From contig CAYWZC010000003.1 in the NCBI GenBank assembly GCA_964462745.1, positions 1-40,000 of the forward strand: a stretch of 40,000 nucleotides of DNA, given 5' to 3'. Shown here piece by piece: positions 22,641-31,500 of this stretch. Position numbers and translations under genes: made by a program. The stretch's first letter is position 1, and each line of letters begins with the position of its first letter. The notes beneath the pieces were generated by a model. The model searched no databases. It was not told the DNA's origin and saw only the letters and a program-made list of their open reading frames with translations. This DNA is from an uncultured Rhodanobacteraceae bacterium. GTDB taxonomy: Bacteria; Pseudomonadota; Gammaproteobacteria; Xanthomonadales; Rhodanobacteraceae.

Positions 22641-24943
22641 AGCTGCGCGCGATTGCCGCCGCGATCGCGGCCACCGGCATCGTCGGCGAGGCTGCGTTGC
22701 GCGAGGCCGCGGCGACCGAGTTCAAGGATGTCGTCAGTATCGTCTCGGATGCGGTCGCCCAGGTGCGAGGGGTGCAGCGCTACGACGTCGATGTCCATGC
22801 CGTATTCCCGGATCGCGTCGTCGTGCGTGACGGTGGCCGCTACTTCGCCCATCCCTACACGATCAACGACGACAACCAGGTAACGGTTGGTTCGCCCGTG
22901 GAGGTGACGGTCGATTTCGAACCTGTGGGGGCACGGGTGGCAGAGGCCGCAGGCAACGTCTTCCTGGAAGCGCTGCCTGCGGCCAATGCTTCCGATGCGC
23001 CGCGCTACCTCGTGCGCGTGATCCGGTCGGGCACATCCCTCAACGGGGTGGATTACCCGCGTGCGGTGCTGCGCGAGGCGGTGCCGTTGTTCGACGGCGT
23101 GCGTGTGTTCGTCAAGAGCGACGCCGAGCACATCGCTGGCGCCGGGAAGGACGTGCGCCAGCTCGTCGGCCGGCTCTCCGAGGCGCGCTTCGTCGAGGCC
23201 GATGGCGGCGAAATCCATGCTGTGCTCGACGTCCTGGAATCGTCCGACATCGCGCCGAAGCTGCGCGAGGCCGTGCAACGCGGCATGACCGACCTGTTCG
23301 GCTTGTCGATCGACGCGCAGGGCGCCGCGAAAAAGAAAGGCAAGTTCCGCGAGGCGACGAAGTTGACCAAGGTCAACAGCGTCGACCTGATCATCGAGCC
23401 CGGCGCGGGCGGGCAAGTCATCCAGTTCGTTGAAGCAGTCCACCAGGAGTCCGACACCATGCTGCGCCAGCAGATGCTCAAGTTCATCGAGGCGCGCGAC
23501 GCGAAGCGCGCGCAGGCCCTCGCCGATGCGTCGGACGAGGACATCATGACCGCCTACCGCGAGGCCGTTGCGGCCGCCGCGGCATCGAACAACCCAGCGC
23601 GAGAGAGTGGCGAAGGCACCGTGGCGGGAGCGCCCGCCACGGTGACCGCCGCCGACGTCGATGCGCGGATCCGCATGGTCGAGGCACGCGCCGAGGCACG
23701 CGTCGCGATCGCCGCGAGCAAGCTCCCGGCGCCGACGCAGGACCGCCTGCTGCAGCGCTTCGCCGAGGCCGCGACGTTCACGGCCGAGGACGTGACCGCC
23801 GCGATCACCGCGGAGCGCGAATACATCGGCCGCATCGCCGAGGGGGCGCAGGTCACCGGGCTCGGCCACTTCGTCGAGGCCGGCCAGGACCAGTCCGAGA
23901 AGGTGCGCGAGCGGCTCGACGATTTCTTCGATCCGTCAAAGCCGGTCCGCAGCTTCCGCGAGGCGTACATCGACATCACGGGCGACCGCCACGTGACCGG
24001 CCGCTTCGCCGATTGCAACATCGCGCGCCTGCGCGAGGCCGCGGGCGCGGACTTCCGCGAGGCGGTCAGCGCCGCGACGTTCGGCGACATCCTCGGTGAC
24101 TCGATCACCCGCGCGATGATCCGCGACTACGGCGCGCTCGAAGCCTACGGCGACTGGCGCTTCCTGTGCGACGTGGTGCCGGTGTCGGACTTCCGCAAGC
24201 AGGAGCGTACGCGCATGGGCGGCTACGGCAACCTGCCGGACGTTGCCGAGAACGGCGCCTACACCGCGCTCAGCACGCCGACCGACGAGGCCGCGAGCTA
24301 TTCGGTGAGCAAGCGCGGCGGCACGGAGACGGTCTCGCTGGAGGCGATCGCGAACGACGATGTCGGCCTGTTGCGTCGCATCCCGATGTCGCTGGCCGTC
24401 GCGGCCGGGCGCACGTTGTACGAGTTCGTGTTCGATTTCCTCGCCGACAACTCGGCGATCTACGACACGAAGGCGCTGTGCCATGCGGACCACAGCAACC
24501 TCGGTTCCGCGGCGCTCGCCGATACCTCGTTCGCCGCGGCACGGCTCGCGATGAAGAAGCAGACGGAACTGTCGAGCGCGAAGCGCCTCGGCATCACGCT
24601 GCGGCACCTGATCATCCCGTCGGATCTGGAGGAGACCGCGTTCGACCTGTTCGTGCGCGACACCAACAACGACGAGACGTTCGTGCAGAGCCGCAAGCCG
24701 ACGGTTCACGTGGTCGATTACTGGACCGATGCGAACAACTGGTTTGCGTCCGCGGACAAGGCGCAGGTGCCGCTGATCGAAGTCGGCTTCTACGGTGGGC
24801 GCGAGGAGCCGGAGTTGTTCGTGCAGGATTCGCCGACGCAGGGATCGTTGTTCAGCAACGACCAGATCAAGTACAAGATCCGGCACATCTACAACGGCGC
24901 GGTGCGCGACTACCGCGGCTTCTACGGTGCGATCGTCACCTGA
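22637..24943 (+). CDS. Fusion of a putative prohead protease/scaffold region with an HK97-fold major capsid protein (768 aa, GTG start)
   Basis: The N-terminal ~260 aa resemble phage head protease/scaffold N-domains (VIRSGTSLNGVDYPRAVL...SDAEH). An Ala/Glu-rich helical middle follows. The C-terminal ~330 aa look capsid-like and end ...KYKIRHIYNGAVRDYRGFYGAIVT. No separate capsid gene is present. Confidence 0.65.
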   Translation: MKLRAIAAAIAATGIVGEAALREAAATEFKDVVSIVSDAVAQVRGVQRYDVDVHAVFPDRVVVRDGGRYFAHPYTINDDNQVTVGSPVEVTVDFEPVGARVAEAAGNVFLEALPAANASDAPRYLVRVIRSGTSLNGVDYPRAVLREAVPLFDGVRVFVKSDAEHIAGAGKDVRQLVGRLSEARFVEADGGEIHAVLDVLESSDIAPKLREAVQRGMTDLFGLSIDAQGAAKKKGKFREATKLTKVNSVDLIIEPGAGGQVIQFVEAVHQESDTMLRQQMLKFIEARDAKRAQALADASDEDIMTAYREAVAAAAASNNPARESGEGTVAGAPATVTAADVDARIRMVEARAEARVAIAASKLPAPTQDRLLQRFAEAATFTAEDVTAAITAEREYIGRIAEGAQVTGLGHFVEAGQDQSEKVRERLDDFFDPSKPVRSFREAYIDITGDRHVTGRFADCNIARLREAAGADFREAVSAATFGDILGDSITRAMIRDYGALEAYGDWRFLCDVVPVSDFRKQERTRMGGYGNLPDVAENGAYTALSTPTDEAASYSVSKRGGTETVSLEAIANDDVGLLRRIPMSLAVAAGRTLYEFVFDFLADNSAIYDTKALCHADHSNLGSAALADTSFAAARLAMKKQTELSSAKRLGITLRHLIIPSDLEETAFDLFVRDTNNDETFVQSRKPTVHVVDYWTDANNWFASADKAQVPLIEVGFYGGREEPELFVQDSPTQGSLFSNDQIKYKIRHIYNGAVRDYRGFYGAIVT

Positions 24944-25626
24944 TGAGCCTCGCCGATCTCCAGGCGTTGGTCGATGACCTGGTCCGCGACAAGGACCAGG
25001 TCATCACGACCGAGCAGCGAGACACCGCGATCGATGGCGCGGTGTCTCGCTATTCGGCGGATGCGCCGCGCGTGCTCGTCGAGGATGTGACGAGCGCAGG
25101 CGGCCAGCGCCTGGACCTGCCCGCGGGGTGGGATGCAAACGCATCCGAGATCCGCAGCATCGAGTATCCGGTCGGCCACATCCCGAGCATCGAACTCGAC
25201 CCCGAGGCGTGGCGCGTGTACACGGGCCCGGACGGCGCGGAGATCGTGCTGCTGCTGACCCTGCTCGCCGGCGAGGACGTGCGCATCGCCTACACCGCGC
25301 CGCACGCGCTCGATGCAGGCACCGACACCATCCCCGCGCGGCATCGCCGGCCGGTCGCGTGCCTCGCCGCCGCGGACCTGTGCGGACAGCTCGCGAGCTA
25401 CTACGCCACCGAGGGCGAGCCGACGATCGCGGCCGACGCGGTCAACCACGACAGCAAGTCCCAGCGCTGGAGTCGCCGCGCGCGGGATCTCGCGGCCGAG
25501 TACCAGAAGACCGTCGGCACGGTCGGCGATCGCGCCAAGGGAGCGAGCGCCACGGTCGAGCTGCCGCGCCGCGATTCGCTCGGCGGGCGGCGCATCTTCC
25601 ACCCGCCCGGGAGCTGGCCGCGATGA
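24943..25626 (+). CDS. Head-tail connector/head completion candidate (227 aa)
   Basis: ATG 24943 overlaps the capsid gene stop. Call is by position only. Confidence 0.4.
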   Translation: MSLADLQALVDDLVRDKDQVITTEQRDTAIDGAVSRYSADAPRVLVEDVTSAGGQRLDLPAGWDANASEIRSIEYPVGHIPSIELDPEAWRVYTGPDGAEIVLLLTLLAGEDVRIAYTAPHALDAGTDTIPARHRRPVACLAAADLCGQLASYYATEGEPTIAADAVNHDSKSQRWSRRARDLAAEYQKTVGTVGDRAKGASATVELPRRDSLGGRRIFHPPGSWPR

Positions 25627-26153
25627 CGCCGGTCGGCCACATCGAGATCGACGCGCACGAGTTCGCCGAGCTCGCCGACTACTGGCGCCGCTCGCCGGAC
25701 ATCACGCGCACGGTCCTGATGCGCGCGATGACCGCGGCGGACCTGTCGCTGCAGGCGAAGCTGATGACCGACCTGCCGCAGGGCGCGGCCGGCTCCGGTG
25801 GCGGCGCGGGCCTCGCGGCCAGCATCAAGACCGAGGAGCGCGCGCTCGCCGACAACGTGCTCGGGTTGGTCTACACCGACAAGCCGTACGCCGTGTATGT
25901 CGAGCTCGGCACCAAGCCGCACTACCCGCCGATCCAGCCACTGATCGACTGGGTCGAGCAGAAGCTCGGCCTGCACGAGGAGGACGGCGGTCGCGGCGTC
26001 GCCTACGCGATCCAGCACACGATCGGCAAGCGCGGCACCAAGCCGCAGCCGGTATGGAGCGCGACGTGGCAGGCACAGCGGCCGAAGATCGAGGATCTGT
26101 TCCGCGCCGCGATCCGTCGAATCGGAACCGAACTCGCGAGGCTCGGCAAGTGA
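25623..26153 (+). CDS. HK97 gp10-like head-tail adaptor family protein (176 aa)
   Basis: YAVYVELGTKPHYPPIQPLIDWV resembles the gp10-family motif. ATGA overlap. Confidence 0.55.
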   Translation: MTPVGHIEIDAHEFAELADYWRRSPDITRTVLMRAMTAADLSLQAKLMTDLPQGAAGSGGGAGLAASIKTEERALADNVLGLVYTDKPYAVYVELGTKPHYPPIQPLIDWVEQKLGLHEEDGGRGVAYAIQHTIGKRGTKPQPVWSATWQAQRPKIEDLFRAAIRRIGTELARLGK

Positions 26154-26626
26154 GCGTCGCCACTGTCCGCAGCGCGATCGTCGCGCGCCTGGAGTCCGTC
26201 GCCGACATCGGCGTGGTGCACGCGTACGAGCGCTACGCGCACGATCTTTCGGCGCTGAAGGCGCTGTACTACAGCGCGCCGCACGCGCAGATCCGCGGCT
26301 GGCACGTGCGCCGGCCGGCGACGAGCGAGCGCGGCAACATCCTCGGCCGCACCGTCGAGTCGATCCGCTGGCGGATCCTCGGCGTGATGTCGCTCGACGA
26401 CGCGGCGCAGAGCGAGCTCGCGTTCGACGCGCTGATCGAGGCCGTGCGCAACGCGTTTGCGCAGGACGAAACCCTGGGCGGAACCGTGGACCAGTGCACC
26501 TCGCCGGACGACAACGGCGAGTCGTGCATCCAGCTCGACGACTCCGGCCCCGCGATGTTCGGCGGCGTGCTGTGTCACGTGGCGCGCCTTGGACTTCTCA
26601 CCATCCGCTACCTGGACCGCTCATGA
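26150..26626 (+). CDS. Head-tail joining/tail terminator-like protein (158 aa, GTG start)
   Basis: GTGA overlap. Position between the adaptor and the tail tube gene. Confidence 0.45.
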   Translation: MSVATVRSAIVARLESVADIGVVHAYERYAHDLSALKALYYSAPHAQIRGWHVRRPATSERGNILGRTVESIRWRILGVMSLDDAAQSELAFDALIEAVRNAFAQDETLGGTVDQCTSPDDNGESCIQLDDSGPAMFGGVLCHVARLGLLTIRYLDRS

Positions 26627-26823
26627 AATCCGACAAGCAACCCGACACCCAGGCGCCGGCGAAGCCGGAGCCGAACCGCTCGAACGGCGGCACGTTCCTG
26701 CGCGACGCGAACGGCGTGCTGATCGAGCACATCCCCTGTACCCGCCCGGCCGGCAGCACGCGCGACAAGGCGCATGCGGCCCGGCTCAACCGGCACCGTG
26801 ACCGCGAGGAGAGCGCACGATGA
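26623..26823 (+). CDS. Hypothetical small protein (66 aa)
   Basis: ATGA overlaps on both sides. Confidence 0.3.
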   Translation: MKSDKQPDTQAPAKPEPNRSNGGTFLRDANGVLIEHIPCTRPAGSTRDKAHAARLNRHRDREESAR

Positions 26824-27746
26824 AAATGAAACTGGTCACCCTGTTCGCGGCGATCGAGGCGGTGTACGGCACCGCGGAGACGCTCGTCGCGGGCGACGCG
26901 ATCCGCACGCACGAGTGCAAGCTGACGCCGTTCAACGCGGCGACCGTCGATCGCAATCTCGACAGCGCATCGTTCGGCAACGATGGCGTGATCCACACCG
27001 GCGAGCACGTGATGATCGAGTTCGACGTGGAGATGTCGGCGAGCGGCACGGCCGGCACCGCGCCGGCCTACGGCCACCTGTTCAAGGCGTGCCAGATGTC
27101 GGAGACGGTCTCGGCCGGCGCCAGCGTCACGTACGCGCCGGCGTCGAACGGCACCGACAGCCTGACGATGTACTACCAGCTCGACGGCCAGCGCCATGCG
27201 TGCAAGGGCGCACGCGGCACCTGGTCGATCAAGTTCGACAGCCAGGGCATCCCGTACATCCATTTCGTGTTCACCGGCCAGTACATCGACCCGACGACCG
27301 AGACGGATATCGTGCCGGACTTCACCGGCTTCACGACGCCCAAGCCGGTCGCGTTCGCGTCCACGCCGAAGGTGTCGCTGCATGGCGTGCAGAGCGTGTT
27401 CCGCAGCTTCAGCTACGACCACGCGAACGACGTGCAGTACTTCAACAACCCCGGCGAGCAGTTCGTCGACATCATGGGTCGCAAGCCGGCTGGATCGATC
27501 AGCTTGCTCGCGCCGACGTTGACGACCAAGAACTACTTCACCGCGGTGAAGGCCGACACGCAGGCCGCGCTGGTGCTGGTCCACGGCATGACCGCGGGCA
27601 ACATCATCACGCTCAACGGGCCGCAGACGCAGATCCTCGAACCGAAGTACGAGGACGACCGCGGCCGCGCGATGCTGAGTTGCAATCTCGCGATCTGCAA
27701 GAGCCCGACCGCCAACGACGCGGACATGAGCCTGGTCTTCACCTGA
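26820..27746 (+). CDS. Major tail (tube) protein (308 aa)
   Basis: Position immediately upstream of the chaperone pair and tape measure. No sheath gene anywhere, so the tail is siphovirus-type. Confidence 0.55.
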   Translation: MKMKLVTLFAAIEAVYGTAETLVAGDAIRTHECKLTPFNAATVDRNLDSASFGNDGVIHTGEHVMIEFDVEMSASGTAGTAPAYGHLFKACQMSETVSAGASVTYAPASNGTDSLTMYYQLDGQRHACKGARGTWSIKFDSQGIPYIHFVFTGQYIDPTTETDIVPDFTGFTTPKPVAFASTPKVSLHGVQSVFRSFSYDHANDVQYFNNPGEQFVDIMGRKPAGSISLLAPTLTTKNYFTAVKADTQAALVLVHGMTAGNIITLNGPQTQILEPKYEDDRGRAMLSCNLAICKSPTANDADMSLVFT

Positions 27747-27820
27747 TCCACTGATCCACCGGCAGTCCCGCGCCCCCGCAGGGAGAGGTTCCACCCACGC
27801 TCCCATGAGGACTGCACACC

Positions 27821-28171
27821 ATGTTCAAGCTGGACCAAAGCGAGACCTACTGGTACCCGGTCACCGTCGAGATGACGAGCGACGACGGCCGGCGCCGCAA
27901 GTTCGACTTCGAGGCGGAGTTCGAGCGCATCCCGCAATCGGAAATCAAGGAGATGTTCCGGCCGCGCGACGAGGACGAGCCGAAGCTCCAGGATGACGAG
28001 GTCGTCGAGCGCGTGTTCCGGGGCTGGCGAAAGATCGTCGGACCGGACGACCAGCCGCTCGAGGTCAATCACGAAAACCGCCGCAAGCTGCTCGATACCT
28101 ACCCGGTGACGAGCTCCATCGTGAAGGCGTTCTTGAAGTCCATCGGCATCGAGGGCCGCGCAAAAAACTAG
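27821..28171 (+). CDS. Tail assembly chaperone, gpG analogue (116 aa)
   Basis: Position, size and acidic composition. Ends in the slippery site A-AAA-AAC-TAG. Confidence 0.65.
   Translation: MFKLDQSETYWYPVTVEMTSDDGRRRKFDFEAEFERIPQSEIKEMFRPRDEDEPKLQDDEVVERVFRGWRKIVGPDDQPLEVNHENRRKLLDTYPVTSSIVKAFLKSIGIEGRAKN
28162..28168 (+). promoter_or_regulatory. Programmed -1 ribosomal frameshift site (A AAA AAC) producing a G-T type fusion chaperone
   Basis: The heptamer lies in the zero frame directly before the stop at 28169-28171. The -1 frame reads KKLERAAVWWAQG... with no stop and is the frame of ORF 28183-28539. Confidence 0.7.
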
Positions 28172-28182
28172 AGCGGGCGGCC

Positions 28183-28539
28183 GTGTGGTGGGCGCAGGGC
28201 TGCCCCGGATCGGACATCGCGGAGATCGCCGAGCACCTGCGCGAGCAGGGCTGGGGCGAGACGGAGATCGCGCTGGAGGTCGCCGAGGCCGAGCGGCTCG
28301 CCGAGCCGGGGCGAGTGTGGTGCGACAACTGGTGGACAGCGCAGGTGTTCCTGCGCTGCCAGTGGACGCTGATCGCGACGGGACTCTCGCGGCCCGAGCA
28401 CCAGGGCATCGCCTCGGCGGAGATCCACGCGAACTGCGCGCTGCTGCGCATCCCACCCGCCGAGTGGCCGCACATCGCGAGCGGCGTGCGCCTGATGGCC
28501 AGCGCCGCTCGCGACGTGCTGAACGAGCGTAAGGACTGA
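28183..28539 (+). CDS. Tail assembly chaperone T-part analogue (DUF1799-like); probably expressed as a 27821-28539 frameshift fusion
   Basis: Lies in the -1 frame relative to 27821-28171. W-rich motif VWCDNWWTAQVFLRCQW. Immediately upstream of the tape measure. Confidence 0.6.
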   Translation: MWWAQGCPGSDIAEIAEHLREQGWGETEIALEVAEAERLAEPGRVWCDNWWTAQVFLRCQWTLIATGLSRPEHQGIASAEIHANCALLRIPPAEWPHIASGVRLMASAARDVLNERKD

Positions 28540-28543
28540 CGAC

Positions 28544-31500
28544 GTGGCGGACATGCAACTCTCCCTCCAGCTTACCGCCGATGGCTCCGGCCTCGTCGGT
28601 ACGCTGCGCACGTCGAGCGGGGAGCTCAAGAAGTTCAGCACCGCGGCCGCGCAGGTCGAGCAACAGGCGACGGGCAGCTTCGCGCGGTCGGCCGTCTCGC
28701 TCGGTGCTTTCGCGTCGATCGGCGCCGAGGTCGTCGGCGTGCTCGGCGAGATCGCCCGCGCGTTCCCCGAACTCATCGCACGGCAGATCGAGTACATGGC
28801 CGAGATCGGCGACGTGTCCGATCGCCTGGACGTGTCCGCCGAGTCGCTGTCCGCGCTCGCGAGCCGCGCGCGCATCGCGGGCGTGGACTTTGGCGGCCTG
28901 ACCGGCGCGCTCGATACGTTCGCCGGGCACGCGCAGAAGGCCGCGGGCGGCAGTCGCGAAAATGCGGCCGCGTTCGATGCGATGAAGATCTCCGTACGCG
29001 ACACGGCCGGACACCTCAAATCCACCGACACCCTGCTCGCCGAGGCCGCGACCAAGCTCTCCGGCTACCGCGACGGCGCGGCCAAGAGCGCCATCGCGAC
29101 GCAACTGTTCGGCTCCCATGCCGGTGAGCTGCTGCCGGTGCTTAACGAACTCGGCACGATCGGGATCCAGGGCGTGATCGACAAGGCGCGCGAGATGGGC
29201 GTCGTCGTCGATACCGAGGCCGTCGTGGCCGCGCAACAGCTGCAAACGCAGATGCGCGTACTGCGCGAGCGCGTGCAGGGTCTGGTGACCGATGTGGCGA
29301 CCGACCTGCTGCCGGTACTCAACTCGCTTGCCGAGTTGATGGACAGCGGCGCGGACGATGCGTCCGACCTCGACGACCAATCCGGCAAGCTCGCCGCGAC
29401 GCTGAAGATCCTCGCCGGCGCCGGCGTCATCATCAAGAACGTGGTCGACGGGCTGGGGTTGAGCCTTGTCGCGGTCGCCAAGGTCTCGATGGGCGTCGAG
29501 TCTGCCCTGGTCAGCGTGTTCACCGCACCGTATCGCGCCGCCGCCGCCCTCGCGACGGGCGGCGTCGATGCAGCCAAGGCCGAGATCGCCGAGACCGCCG
29601 CGACGTTCGGCGAGCTGCGCACCACGCTCGGCGACGCAAAGGCGGTGTTGACCCAGGGCTGGGGCGACGCGTGGAACGACATCACGCAGGGCCTGGACAA
29701 GATCAACAATGCCGGCAACGGCGCCGCGGCGGGCGTCGGTGCGCTCGGCGATGCGGCCGAGGACGCGGGCGGCAAGCCGGATGCGCCCGTGCCGCAGCTT
29801 GCGGGCGCGATCGATCGCGTAGGCAAATCGGCGCGCGGCCTCGACCCCGCACTCGCCGACGCCGCGCGCCGCGCGCGGGAAGCGGCGAGTGCGCTCGACC
29901 AGCTGCGCGGAATCGGCGAGGCGGTCGAGGAATCGAACGAGGATTTGATCGCGCGCATTGCAGGCGCGGACGACGCGCAGATTCGATACAACCGCACGCT
30001 GCGCGATGCGGAAAAGGCGTTCCAACGGGCGACCGCCAACGGCGGCAATTACCTGTCCGCGCTTGCACAGCTCGCACGAGCGACGCAGGAAGCTGCGCGT
30101 GAATTGGCCCTGACGCGGGCGTTCGATGCACTCCAAGAGTTCACGCCTGAGAAGGGCCCGATCTTCCACATCGTGGACCAGATCGACACCCTGAAAGCGA
30201 CGCTCGCCGACCTGCCGGAACTGATGGGCGATGCGTTCGATCCGGAGGTCGCGAAGAAGTTTCAGCAGGCGATCGATGCGGCGAATACGGCGCTCGCCAT
30301 CGAGATGATCGGCTCCTACAAGTCCCTGCTCGGCGCGGCCCAGACCTTTACGCGCGAAGGCAGCGACGGCTTCCGCGCGATGCAGGCTGGCATGGCCGCG
30401 CTATCCATCGTGCAAGACGCGCTCGCGCTGAAGGCCGCGGTGACGGCCGTGTTGACGCAGGGGCAAGGCGATCCGTACAGCGCCTGGGCGCGCATGGCCG
30501 CGATGGCCGCCGCGGTCGCGCCGTACCTTGCGAGCATCGGCCAGACGCTTTCCAGCTTCGGCGGCGGTGGTGGGTTCGGCGATGTCGCCGCCGATCGCCA
30601 GGCCGCGCAGGGCACGGGCACGGTCCTCGGCGACGCGGCCGCGAAATCCGAGAGCATTGCCAACGCGGTCGAAATTACCGCCGACGCGTCGCAGCAACTC
30701 GTCGGCATCAACCGCGGCATGCTCGATGCGCTGCGTGCGATCCAGACCGGCATCGGCGCGGCATCCGGCCAGCTCGCGCGCGATGCGGGGTCTGCCGACT
30801 TCAGCGGCAGCAATCCGCTGGTGCTCGACAGTACAAACGGCGCCGCGATCGGCGCTGCCCTCGGCACCGCGATCCTGCCGGGCATCGGCACGCTCGTCGG
30901 CGCGGTACTCGGCTACGTGGTCGGCGGATTGCTCGGTGGCAGCTCCGAGATCACCGACCAGGGCCTGGCGATCAGCGGCGGGCCAGTCAACGACCTCGAT
31001 GTCCAGGCGTACCAGGAGACGAGCTATCGCACCTGGCGCTTCGGCTCGACGCACACCGACACCGCGATGGCGGACGTGAGCGAGGAGTTCCAGCGCCAGT
31101 TCGATCTCGTGATCGCGTCGATCGTGGACACCGTGCGCGAAGGCGCGCTCGCGCTCGGGTTGCTGCCGGACGAGGTCGAGGCCGCGATCGCCGCATATCG
31201 CGTCGCCGAGATCCAGATCAGCCTCAAGGATCTCACGGCCGAGGAACAGCAGGCCGAGCTCGAGGCGGTGTTCTCGCAGATCTTCGACGGCCTGGCCGGT
31301 GCCGTCGTGCCGTGGATCGATCAGTTCCAAATGGTGGGCGAAGGGCTCGGCGAAACCTTGGTGCGCGTGGCCACCGAGGTGATGGTCGCGCAGGAAGCGT
31401 TCTCGCAGCTCGGCCTCTCCGTCGACGAATCCGACCCCGAGCGCTTCGCGCAGATCGCCGATTCGCTGGTGCAGGCCGCGGGTGGGCTTGACGCCTTCAT

